The notes under the pieces: generated by a model
Seen by the model: the letters and a program-made list of their open reading frames with translations, nothing else
Databases searched by the model: none
Told to the model about the DNA's origin: nothing
Shown: one piece after another, positions 36,897 through 48,028 of the stretch
Position numbering within the stretch: position 1 is the stretch's first letter
How the letters are laid out: every line of letters begins with the position of its first letter
Program-made: the position numbers and the translations under genes
DNA from: Lophium mytilinum
Lineage: Eukaryota
DNA: 64,000 nt
NCBI GenBank assembly: GCA_010093605.1
Contig: MU004194.1
Location: forward strand, 1,030,323 to 1,094,322
Direction: 5' to 3'

Positions 36897-37057
36897 TCGG
36901 ATGGGAGGGGGCGTGGATAGATTCGAGAATTTCTTGTTTTTCTCGGTTTTTGAACTGTGTCTGATGAAGGCGTAATGTGAACATTACGTTGCAAAGTGAA
37001 ATTAGCGATGTCGGCCTAGCGGACTGCGCATGTGGCTGTGGTGTTGAAGCGCTCCTA

Positions 37058-37509
37058 CAGTACTAGGCCATAAGTTTGGGCACATATATGCTACTGCTAG
37101 AGCGCCCATGGTAGAAGCCGGATGCCACTGTCAGGGGCGGCTTCATAGTCACAAAGCCGTTTAGTCAAAAGGTAGCTAAGAGTACGCTGCGCAGGATTTT
37201 ACATCGTACCTAGAGTACGGAAACTTCATAGGGGTACCCCTAGCAGTGGCAACTGGTGTACACAGACTTCTAGCCAGTCACTCAGTACTAAGTCATAAGT
37301 CTAGACACACAGATTCATTACGGCGCGGCTTCAGCTTGCTTACTTGACACCGCTGTTGGGGGTAGCCTGGCTGCTGAGCAGCCAGGCAGTCAAGAGGCAG
37401 TCTAATTTGCTCTGCTTGACACTTAATGTAGGCATTGTGTCTTCTAGAGCCTGTTGGGGCACCTCAAGCAGTGGCGAACCAGTGTGCCCAGACTTATGGC
37501 CTGTCACTG
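37058..37509 (+). mobile_element. Two head-to-tail MITE copies (Tc1/mariner-type TIRs, TA flanks)
   Basis: TA|CAGTACTAGGCCATAAGTTTGGGCACA begins at 37058; the second unit begins CAGTACTAAGTCATAAGTCTAGACACAC at 37283 and ends GTGTGCCCAGACTTATGGCCTGTCACTG|TA at 37509. No coding capacity. Confidence 0.8.
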
Positions 37510-37620
37510 TAGGTATCTTTCTGTAGAGTAAGTCCGCAATATGCCCCGATAACCAACCCCGAATACACCCTCCCAGACCGACCAAGCGCCAGCAATGCAC
37601 CTTGAATCCACGCATCCCTC

Positions 37621-40600
37621 CTAGTTCAACCTCCTAGCTTTCCTCTTCGGACTCTCCATCTCCCGCCCCGCCTTCTTTACCCCGTTCTTTCCGCCATTCT
37701 TTCCCCCGCTTTTCCCTCCGTTCTTCCCCCCCTTCGCAACCACCTCCTCACTCCCCTCCCCCTCCGCCTCCACAGACGCCAACAGCTTCGCCAACGCCGG
37801 GGTAAACCTCTCCATAACCGCAATATCCCCAATCTTCACCCTCATATAATCAAACGCAATCGCGACCTTCATATCGCCCTTGACCTCAATCACCTGCTCC
37901 TGCCCCGAAGCCCCCTGCTCCGCACGCTCATACTGCGTCTTCATCTCCAGCGCGGGCACTTCAACACCACCCACACCGTTCTCATCTCCATCTTCTCCAT
38001 CAGACCGCTTCAGCACATCATCCTCCTCCTCCACCCCCTCCTCCGCTTCCGCCTTGCGAAGGACAGGGATCTTCTGATACCGCTGGCTAAAATGCGTGAG
38101 CACGACCCCCTGCGCGCCCATCCACTCCGCCACTTTCAGCGCCTCACTAGTGGTCGAGTGTTTCTTCGCCACCGCATCGGCCCCGAGCGCGTCGTCGAAC
38201 GTCGCTTCGTGGATCAAGACGGAAGTGCCGGCGCCGATGCTCGCGAAGCGGCCGGAGGGGCGGCAGTCGCCGCTATACGAGACCTTAAGGGGCGGGAGGT
38301 GCGGCGCGGAGGGGTCCGGGGGAAAGGTGAGGGAGACGGCCATGGCGCCGTGGCAGTGGTTTACGAAGACGGCTTGGATGTCGCTTAAGCCGAAGAGGGC
38401 CTCGTAGGCGGATGCTGGGACTTTCGTAGATGAGCCTTCTTGCGGTTCTTCGCCAGGTGCGATGTAGAGGGTTAGGTCGGAGGATTTGGTGTTGGATATC
38501 CTGCGGGAGTGGTCGGTGTCGGGGATGGGGATGGGGCTGGATGTCATGCGGAAGCAGTCGTTTTCGGAGATGCAGAGGGGGAGTATGCAGGAGTAACCGA
38601 AGTCTTCGATTGAGGCATATTCGTGAAGCCAGTGGGGCATGCCCATGTGCGAGACTACTGCTAGGCGGCGTTGTGGAGGGCTATCTGCGGTTGGATGGAT
38701 ATTGGGGGGCTCGGTTATGGGGGTAGAGTCATGGGCGACGGAGTACCATGCTTTGATGAGCGAGGCAATGCCGAGATGGTGGTCGGCGTGGAGATGGCTG
38801 ATCCAGATCATTCTTAGGTCTTTCAGCACTTCTTTCAGTTCAGCGGGTTTAAAGACACGTCTGAGCTGACCTAGGGTATTCTCGCCGCAGTCTAGTAGAT
38901 AGTTACCCACGCCCGGCACGCGGACGAGAGTAGCGGAGACGTTGCGATACTTCGATGGCAAGGCAGATCCAGTACCCAAAGTAATAATCTCTGTGTCTGG
39001 ACGTGGCATTTTCCGTTTCCATGCATCGAAGGTTCCCCGCGAAGCCTGGACATCTTCTCGAGCGGTTCTGGCAAGATCTAGGACTGAAGCATGGGTCTCA
39101 TCGAGAACTTTTCGGGTGTTCAGGGGGGTCCGAACCAGCGTGTTGTCCACTTTAAACTCCGGCTCAATTTTGAATACCATTCCTACTTTTGCAGCTATCG
39201 CGTTTGGCGGAAGCTTAGGTGGAGGCGAGGATGTCAAAGGCTGATTTAAAATGTCTTGCGGGAGCGATACGTTGTCGTGATGAGGTACTCCGTATCTTTT
39301 ATTGTCAACCTGAGCCAATCTCAGTGTAGAGGCTGCCGCATCTATCATCGAGAGTGTATTTGGACAGGCGTCCACAGACGACACAACATGCTTGCAATGA
39401 TCCATCTCTTCCATGAACTGACGTAGCCTCGGACTGGCTGCAACACCAGGCCCGAGTATCCAGACAAATGCCACGATGCCTGATTTGACCTTTTCTGATG
39501 TCCATTCTTCTCTTGCTAACAGAGAGTCGACATATTCAATGGATGGCAAATCAATTACAGCCACTCCACCACTAGGTCTTGGAGGGCCCATCACCATATC
39601 GGGAGTAATAGTTTCCCCTGCATCGTTCGTGGTGTTTTCGCCTTTCGTGAGAAGACTGAATTTCTTCTTATCTGTGATGTTGAGTTCCAGTGCCTTGCTC
39701 ATATCAAATTTTCCTCGTTTTGGATGAGGGCGGAAGATATACGATATTGCTACGGGAGATGGTTCTGTCGGTGGGAGCAGTTCAAGGAGAGCAGCCGGCC
39801 ACGGTGTTCGTACCATCACTTTGATATCAGGCAGAGGCGCCTCTCCTCCAGGCATAGGTCCCGTGTACTTCTGGATTTTATGTGTTTCCTGGTCTCGCAC
39901 GAAAATCGCCGCGGGCATCTGCACCTCGCTGATGTGTTTTTCCACGAGGGCATCGAAGCTCCAGTCAGAGTCGAACATGTGACGCACAATCGATCTCCGC
40001 ATTCGATCGTATCGCAGTTCGCGATCCTCTGGCATCTCCCCTTCTAAAGCCATATACTCCACGTTCTTGCTGTTCAACTGGTCGAATGTCTGTCTTCTCA
40101 GCTCTTGCTTTGCGGAAGATTCGCTCTTAGGCAGCTCTGTTGGTTTGATAGGCATAGCCCACACCGAAATGTGGTCATCCGACCATGTTGGCTCGACGTT
40201 CCCTTCAGAATCCCTCTTTACAGTATCGTCCTTAAATTCCACCGCGCGAAGCGGCATGCCTTTCCGGAACACAAATCTCCTGCACGTTCCCAGCAGATGA
40301 TTTAAATTGGGCGGCCCATATATATTCAAGATCGGTAGGTCTGGCATCTTATCTAGCTTCCCAGACGCTACCATCTGTTCATATTTTGGCATGGCGCTTT
40401 CCACTGAGGAGGCATTCGAGTCAGCCAGTGTGAGAATCATGCCAACCAGGCCACCGATATTGCTCCATTCCGTCCGTCCAGTAAGGAGAATATCGTTGAT
40501 CTTCATGAGCTTTGTTCCCGTCTGGGTCGCCGCCCGTTGTGTGCCTTCGGCTATGTTCCCAATGAGGTACCGTCTGTTGTCGAAGAACAGGTACAGCGCC

Positions 40601-40653
40601 GTGCCGGGCGTGTCCGCCGTCGGCACGGTGATAAACTGGATTAAAGACTTCAT
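37621..40653 (-). CDS. TRZ1: tRNase Z long form (RNase Z/ELAC2); stop-free in-frame extension continues to 41328
   Basis: TADTPGT..RYLIGNIAEGTQR, PKRGKFD, LGTGSALPSKYRNVS, LDCGENTLGQL, SHLHADHHLG, YSGDCRP, LIHEATF, KKHST, LTHFSQRYQK. First in-frame ATG at 40653. Confidence 0.95.
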   Translation of the reverse strand: MKSLIQFITVPTADTPGTALYLFFDNRRYLIGNIAEGTQRAATQTGTKLMKINDILLTGRTEWSNIGGLVGMILTLADSNASSVESAMPKYEQMVASGKLDKMPDLPILNIYGPPNLNHLLGTCRRFVFRKGMPLRAVEFKDDTVKRDSEGNVEPTWSDDHISVWAMPIKPTELPKSESSAKQELRRQTFDQLNSKNVEYMALEGEMPEDRELRYDRMRRSIVRHMFDSDWSFDALVEKHISEVQMPAAIFVRDQETHKIQKYTGPMPGGEAPLPDIKVMVRTPWPAALLELLPPTEPSPVAISYIFRPHPKRGKFDMSKALELNITDKKKFSLLTKGENTTNDAGETITPDMVMGPPRPSGGVAVIDLPSIEYVDSLLAREEWTSEKVKSGIVAFVWILGPGVAASPRLRQFMEEMDHCKHVVSSVDACPNTLSMIDAAASTLRLAQVDNKRYGVPHHDNVSLPQDILNQPLTSSPPPKLPPNAIAAKVGMVFKIEPEFKVDNTLVRTPLNTRKVLDETHASVLDLARTAREDVQASRGTFDAWKRKMPRPDTEIITLGTGSALPSKYRNVSATLVRVPGVGNYLLDCGENTLGQLRRVFKPAELKEVLKDLRMIWISHLHADHHLGIASLIKAWYSVAHDSTPITEPPNIHPTADSPPQRRLAVVSHMGMPHWLHEYASIEDFGYSCILPLCISENDCFRMTSSPIPIPDTDHSRRISNTKSSDLTLYIAPGEEPQEGSSTKVPASAYEALFGLSDIQAVFVNHCHGAMAVSLTFPPDPSAPHLPPLKVSYSGDCRPSGRFASIGAGTSVLIHEATFDDALGADAVAKKHSTTSEALKVAEWMGAQGVVLTHFSQRYQKIPVLRKAEAEEGVEEEDDVLKRSDGEDGDENGVGGVEVPALEMKTQYERAEQGASGQEQVIEVKGDMKVAIAFDYMRVKIGDIAVMERFTPALAKLLASVEAEGEGSEEVVAKGGKNGGKSGGKNGGKNGVKKAGREMESPKRKARRLN

Positions 40654-41783
40654 TGTGGGGCGCGTATATCCCGCTTCTACCGATCGCAGTTTGAAATAGT
40701 CACCATCCCCGGGGAACGGCTCAAGTATGATGTTGGAGGGAGTAGGAGGAGTAATGGGAGGCGGCCGTGAGCTTGTACGTCTGCCGAACTCTCGAGGTAA
40801 TTGGATAGGTACGGTCGAAGGCTGGACGAAGGAGACAGCCGGCGCAATTCCAGAGCGGGGCCCTTGATCGACTTTGACTATTCGAGGTTTGCGCTGGTGA
40901 GTCGAGGGGGGTCGCGCGGTTATCTTCCTGGGAGAGTGAGAAGTGAGAAGGTCTTTCAAGGTAGCGACATTCAGAGAAGGAGTGTCGGGAGCTTTCGACC
41001 TTGGGGTGTGTCGACGAGGGCTAGTATTATAAGATCGGACGGGGAAAGGTAGGCGTAGCAGTTCGTGCAGTAAATTGGTGAAAGTCGTGAGACGCACCCC
41101 ACCACTCTTGGGAGACGCCAATTTGATTATAAGGCAAAGAGTGTTATGTACATGTGTAAAAGTAAGCCCTTTAATGAGTGACTCGAAGAAGGGCGCTGTG
41201 CTGTGGCTTTGGGATGACTCTGAACTTTTCTCAAAGGTCCATCCCAAGATTTTGATTTTAGGTAGCGGGGCGGACTGCCGCGTCTGCACGGGACCGAAAG
41301 GGCGGCCCAGTTTGTGCTCAACATTCAATCAGAGGCGCATTTCACCGGATAATAATCACTGAGTCACTGATCTTAATAACGCAGGGTGTTCTTTCGATAG
41401 AGGTATATAATGTGTCTCAGGCTACATAGCGCGCTCAGAGTTCCCACCCACGCGAGACGCCCATAGATGCTAGCCCATACGCCCGCCTGCGAAGCTAACA
41501 TATACAAGAAAACAAACAGTCGATAAAAGCTGGCAATACATGTCCAGAGCTCTTCTTGTCCCATTCCATAACCCATGGCGCCTCCACTTTGCGTGGCCCT
41601 TCTAGCCATCCGAAACATAAGAAAATCGTTCAAGTCATACTGACAAGCAAGATAGAACCGCCGGATTGACAGTGGAGAGAGGCAAAAACGCCTGAGTGTG
41701 GCAGTAATTCGAAATCGCAAAGACGAAAGAAAATTAAACAGTGTAGAGAAAAGGAGGGGTATTTTGAAGCAATTCCAACCACT

Positions 41784-43618
41784 TTATAAGTCGAGGAACG
41801 CGGTCATGGCTTGTATCCTTTGGAAGCAAGGCTCGGCCTGTGCGCACATCTTCTCGAAACGTTCCATCAGCTTTTCCGACTCGGCGTCATCGGAGATGAA
41901 CAACTCAAAGTGCGCGAAGACCTTCTCGGGATCGGCATCGCCAAAGATCGGTTCGCCTTTTTCAGTGGGAGTAACAACGGCGGCAGGCTTGCGGGCAGGC
42001 GAAGAGCTATAGAGATCGAACTCGTCGTCATCGCCTTCCTCCACGACCTCGGTCACCTCAGTCACCTCAGTGGCCTCCTCACGCTCGATGGGACGCTCAA
42101 TGACCGGGTACTCAGCCTTGATATTATCGACAGGAGACAGCATAGGCATACATGACTCGCCACCCTTGCCAGACAGAATGTCAATATCGATAGGAGCGGC
42201 AGGACCCTCTGGTAATTCGGTGACTGCGAAGGTCTGTATTTGCTGGTAGTTGAAACTTGGGTTGGTCATCATCCAGTTGTTACCCAGGTTGAGCATCGAC
42301 ATGTCGAGAGGAGTGTCAGGCACGAGTGCCATTCCAATCTGAGGGTGGTCGTTCTGGCTCATATCCTGAAATTGTTGCGAATGCGACGAATAGGGGTTGA
42401 GGTCTTTACGGGAAGGCTCTGGAGTCGGGGCGTGCGAAGCTGCAGGATCAGGCTTTATGTTGTTCATCACGTTCTGTTCGCGCGAAATCGAGTCGATGTA
42501 AGGAGTAAATGCCTTGTGGCGTAGGAGGCTCTGGGTGAGCTCCCTGAGGCCAGCATTCTCCTCCTGGAGATTCCTGTTCTGGAAGCGAAGTTCATCGGTC
42601 TCCTTCTGCTTGTTGGCGAGCTGTTCTTCAAGCTGGACGATGTATTCTGTGAACTGTTAGCGGAAATCTTGAGCCGATTTAGTGTCGATAACTTACCCTT
42701 CCTTCGCGAGCGGAAGGCACGGGCGGACACTTTGTTACGGAGCTGACGGCGCTCCTTGCTGCTGAGCTTCTTTCCTTCCTCGCTCGCAAGGAGCCTCTCG
42801 TCCTCGTCCATGTCCTCTTCATCCTTCTTGGATCGGTGGACGTGGGGGAAAGAGCCTGAAGGCGACATGCCGTCTTGTGACGACAGAGTGCTCTCGTGCC
42901 TAATCTTGCCCATTATGCGGCCAATGACCTCCTCCGTGTGAGGGTCAGAGCCCTGCTGGGAGCCATTCCGTCGTGCGGGCTGGAGCATGTGCTGTTGCTG
43001 TTGCTTCTGCTGTAGTTGTTGCTGAGCAATTTGTTGCTGCCTTTGTTGTTGGGCCTGTGCCTGTGCCTTGGCCATGGCAGCCTGCTTTTGATGCATTCCA
43101 GGATAATACCGGACACTCTCCTCTTGAGTGGCAATGGCGCTAGGGTCGATGTAGCCACTGTGGGACTCGCCACCGGAAAGGAAAGAAGGCGGGAGTCCAT
43201 TGGTGTTTATGGAGAGGTCGAGTTCCATCCCGAGACCCGAATTCCATCCGGCATCGAGCATTGAGTAGCTTGACGAGCCCATAAGGGCCATCTCATCCAG
43301 CCCGGTATTGCTGTTGGAGAAGGCATAGCTGGGACTGAATTGTTGGGCGAGGCCGGGAACGGAGTTGGAGGGCAGGCCGGTCTGCTGCTTGAAGCGCTCG
43401 TACTCGTGGCTGGGCTTCGCGGGAGTCTGGAGGTCCTCGGACTGATCGAGGGGAACGATGGTGTTGGTCGGACTGGCGATGTTTGAGGCGGGCGAAGAGT
43501 GCATCCGGGGAGTGGGAGAGGGCTGTTGGCCGAAGTCGAGGAGGGATTCGTAGTCAGGCTCGCCGCATTGGTTGTTGTACGACGGCGTCATGGCGAAACC
43601 AGAGAGCGTTGCGGCCAT
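41784..43618 (-). CDS. bZIP transcription factor with poly-Gln tract
   Basis: EEGKKLSSKERRQLRNKVSARAFRSRRK|EYIVQLEEQL basic/zipper region; intron 42696-42647 joins the two track ORFs. Confidence 0.9.
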
Positions 43619-45847
43619 CGAAGGGACGGTGATGGTGTGTGCCTGAAAGAGCGGTAATATGAAGCGGGTCGACGATCAGGCGTCGAGATGGGTGTATCTT
43701 GAGAAGGATGGGACACGGGTGGTGATGAGGCAGGTGTCTTGATAGGCGCTAAAGAGGACGCGCAAGCTCGGCCGGGGGGATCCGTATATGGCTTAATTTG
43801 GGTTAGCGTGCAGGGGCGTTCCCACGGCGATGGAGGAGTTGATAGCGATGATGGAAGGCGGTTTGTGGATGAGTTGGAGGTTGTAGAAGTTGATCTAGAA
43901 GTTGAATCAGCGAGAGAATCGTGGATTGGGGATGGGAAAGGGCGAGGGAGGGTTTTGGGGCAGTCGGAGAAAGGAGACGGACGAGCATGTTTCATCGTGG
44001 CTGAGCATGGCAGGATGGCCTCACCAAAAATACATGGGCCACTAGCAGCACAGCGTTCTCCCGTCTGAACTTCGGCGGCCGGCCTTTGACGCGGAGACGC
44101 CGTGCCACCCGTTGCTCCATCGGGGATGCTTCCATGGTAATAAATCCCGTATTATATCTGAAGCCGCTTCTCTTCCTCATCCCTCAGAGCCAGTTTCATC
44201 AACACCACACCCTCCGTGTCTGTCCACCCCCTCTATCGTCGACTGATCCCTCGCCTTCTTGCTCCTCTCTCATGCCTCAGCCTGCCCCAAACTGGCCGCC
44301 GCACTGCCGTCCCCGTCAGCCTGCCAAGCTGGGCAGCAGTGAGGATTACGCACGCAAACTCTGGACTGGGACAAGTTGCCTGCAGCCAGTCTGCTCGGAG
44401 CAAGGCCAGCGCCGACACCGATCTCGACTCTTGTAGCGCCGAAGCAAGACGAAGCGGCCGAGTGGGCTGTGCAAGCCTCAAGTCTTGCCCTTTAAGGAAC
44501 TCCTTGCGGCGACCGCTCTCTGATTCGTCCACTCGCTTGACATTTTGGCAGTGCCCTGATTTTCAGCTGCCGCGTTGGGTGACGATCATGCCAAGCTGGC
44601 GACGTTCGCTGTTAAATTGATTCCCAACTGTGCCATGAGGCTGTAGGCCTATCACGTGATCGGATTCGAAATCTGCGCAGTGCAGGTGGAATCAGCATCA
44701 CTTCTCCGCCACAAACCACACCGCACCTTCTAATCTCCTGGTGCTTGATCGGATCCGTACATCTCCATACTAGCAACTCCAGCCGCTGCTCTCGGCCGTT
44801 ACTTCGCACCTGGAGCAAGTATCGCATCTCCGACTTTCAAGGCTCCCTTTTAGGCGCTGAAAGCAATGCCTCTCAACCACCACTTCGGCATATCCCACGC
44901 CCCCATCAACAACCGGCAGTCTGTCACAGGTAGACCCAACCTCCCACCGCGGTTGGCTCTTCCAGAAGCCCACCTGAAACAATCTCTGCCGCCGAAATGT
45001 GGAGAAGCGCGTCGCAGCCCTACCACATTGGCCTCGACCGCGTTGTCCCTCCCGGCGTCGTCTCCCTCTCTAACCCCCTTCACACCTCTTCCGCCCCGGC
45101 ACTTGCATGTCCCAGCCGGCAGTTCTCCCGTCTTGTTTCAATCTTTGCATGCTCGTGAATCATCCGCTGTTCTCCCGGTACCTGGAGCTGGGTGGGCCCG
45201 GCAGTGCTCTTCAGCCCTACCCTTGCGTGGCTTCACATCCGCAGTCCCGTCAGCGATGCACGGTGAGGATTTGTAGAGGGTAAGGAGGAGCCGCGCCACA
45301 ACCGCGTTGACATTGCCTTTTCGGGCTAGGGAACGCGCATCACAGTGGAGTTTTCAGCTGAGATCCCTTGTTTGTCGTCTCGAATAGCCTCGGGTGAGGG
45401 TTAAGCTTCGGAGGGAGTGGCTTGGGTTGTCTTTTATTGATTGGATAAATGTTGGGTATTTGACTTAGTGCCGAACTAAGATCCTGCCCTCTAGGGCAAT
45501 AGTATTTGTGTTAGGTACTGGGGAAACATCAGCTGTAGATCACGGGAAGGAGGGCCGTAGGGTAAGCAGATGTCTGTTCCGACGCGGTAATCACCCATAT
45601 CAGTAGTTGTCCTAGGTCCTCCTCACGTCTACGCATCTTTCAGGTCGTAGTCAGGGTAGGTTTTCACTCCATATGTCAGTAGACCCATGATTATCTAAAC
45701 ACCTGAAGCTACCCTATATGTACAACCATAGCTCCGATACCAGTAAGTTGTTTCGGGTCATTTCAAGAGTTGCATATGATTGCGATATCGATGTTCCTTT
45801 CGAAAAGAAAATCCACGTGCGTGAAGTAGCGAAGCTCAATAGAAACA

Positions 45848-47623
45848 TCAGTCGAAGTAATTGCCGTAGGCTCCTGATTCCAGCGCCTCCAAATCCTCCG
45901 CCGATGTCCCGGGCGCACAAAAGACTCTTATGACCATACCACGTCCTGGGTCCCCTGTCAAGTTATTAGCATTGGCATCTTGAGATGTCAAAAAAGGAGA
46001 ACTCACAGCCGTTAGGTTGAGAATGCGTTTTGTAAGAACCTTTCGAGAAGCAAGTTGATATAGCGTAGTCGGCATAAGAGATGGAAATCGAGAACGCTAT
46101 CAGGCCTAGCAAAATAGGTAATTCTCCTACAAGACCTCCATATTGGTTATGAGTATCTGCTGTCCAACAATTGGATGGGGCATGGTAGATGTTTGGCAAG
46201 AGGTTGCGAGGCCAATCCTGGCCTGGGCGTTGAGTTCTCAGCGTGGAGCAATCTCCTGCGTGCGCCAAATGCGATGCATACGTCGCTTTATCCCATTCAA
46301 AAGAAACGCGACGCCAAGGTTTCGCCTCGATGTCGGGCCTGGAGGCATCGCTAGCACTAATCCAGAATCCAGCGTCATAGTACATTGAATAAGTCTTGAA
46401 ATGCACGCTTCCCTGGGGCGGACCCGCTATCTCACGGTTGCAGTACCCGTCGTTGAGCCAATATCGGCCACTTATCCCACCTTCCCGCAATATGTGACTG
46501 CCTGGTTCTGTGCTGGGCGCCCAAAGATAAGAGTCGCTGCTCGGTGCGAATTTTGTTGGGATCTCCTTCAGGTCGTCGATGCGGAATACGTAAGATCGAC
46601 CTTCAAGGCCCTCCAACGCGAAAGGGAGGTCGACGTACTCAGGAACGGGAGGTGAAGATTTGGTATCTGTTGCGGGTGTTGACCCCGTTGGTGGAGCGGC
46701 GTCGGATGTAGCTGAAGCCGTAACAGCGCGAAGTTGTGTGCTGACATTCGTAGTGGTATCTGTCAACTCAATAGCATCGCTGTGGCGGACCGATGATGCG
46801 ACTAGGTCATTGTCGCGATGGAGCCTTGGGATGATGGCTAGGTCAGCGAGCGAAAGACTGTCTGATAGGTCTTCCACGGAAGCTGTTGTGGAATCTCTCA
46901 AAGTCGACTCGATACTTTCCGCGGTTGTTGTTGGAGCAGGTTTTATGTTCGGAATTCTGTTCTCAGACTGACGTTGCAGAGCGGAGAAGTAGAACAGACT
47001 GCGAATATGCTCGCAAATGTTTTCCAACGCTAGCTGGGACGGCGTGCTTTCCATTTCTAGGTAGGTATCCCCGTCAGTACTCGAAGAATCGTCCGAAGAT
47101 ACACTAATCGTGTCAATCGGTTCTGAGTCGCGGGTTTCCTCATTGTTTTCGTGAACGCAGCTTTTTTCTACGTTCTCTGAATTGATCTCCAGGGTATCGT
47201 AGTCCTCGGGCGGCCTCAGAGCAATTTGTACAGCTACGGAAGTCAGATTATCCTCATTGTATCTCGAAACCACACTGTGAAAGGCGGCCCACCTATCTCC
47301 AGGCTGTCATGCAACATGTGGAGTATTCCGAGTATGGTGGATTTTAGCTCGTCCTCTGCCCGAAGAACATAATCTAGAGAGGTTTTAGACTCAGGACAGT
47401 CAGCCGCTCTTGACTGAAGGCCCCAGACTCCAAGTTTAGAAGCGCCGTCTGCTACTTCCGACTTGCAGGCCTGGTCGACTTCTGTGGGTAGAGAAGGATA
47501 CTTTGCCAAAAATGGCAGAAACTCGTTATATTTGTTTCGACATTTGATAAAAGTTGATGCTATCGATGCGAGGTCAGACGTCGACGGCGTTGTTCTATGG
47601 CTAGTCGAGACTTCGGGATTCAT
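45848..47623 (-). CDS. Hypothetical protein with NLR-associated-type N-terminal helical domain and unknown C-terminal domain
   Basis: Exon 1 KLGVWG...SLDYVLR..LKSTILGILHMLHDSL. Introns 47292-47234 and 46006-45955 give a continuous frame ending LEALESGAYGNYFD*. Confidence 0.65.
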
Positions 47624-48028
47624 CCTGCGGGAATGGTAGAGCGACTCAATAAACGAATAGCTTGACGCGGAAAGACGACCTCGCTGAGGAGATAGCCAGC
47701 TTTACGCTTTGCTGAAGAAGACGTACGCCCGGAAACAGGGTTCAAAGGCACCGCGGCCCAACGGAGCCCTCAGCCTCCAAGGTTGACCCAAGGCTGAATC
47801 GATTGCTCAATATACTATGGCATCATTGGTAGCCTCGTTGTTTCTCTTTCGTCGGCTCACAGCCGACCTGCAGGTTCAATTTCAGTGACGCGGCTGAGCT
47901 CACAAGGCCGACTGCGAGAGTCTCTCTAGGGACGATAAGCTGATTTCATTAAGCCAAGTTTCCCCGCTTCTTTGAGTAGGAAACATCAAAAGTCGTCGTT
48001 CTGATTGTTGCGGTGAAGACATACAATT

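Noticed and set aside
43620..45300. Coding ORFs or a conserved uORF upstream of the bZIP gene
   Set aside because: Several short low-complexity ORFs (for example 43803..43988) with no motif support; more simply a long promoter/5' UTR. Cannot be resolved without transcripts.
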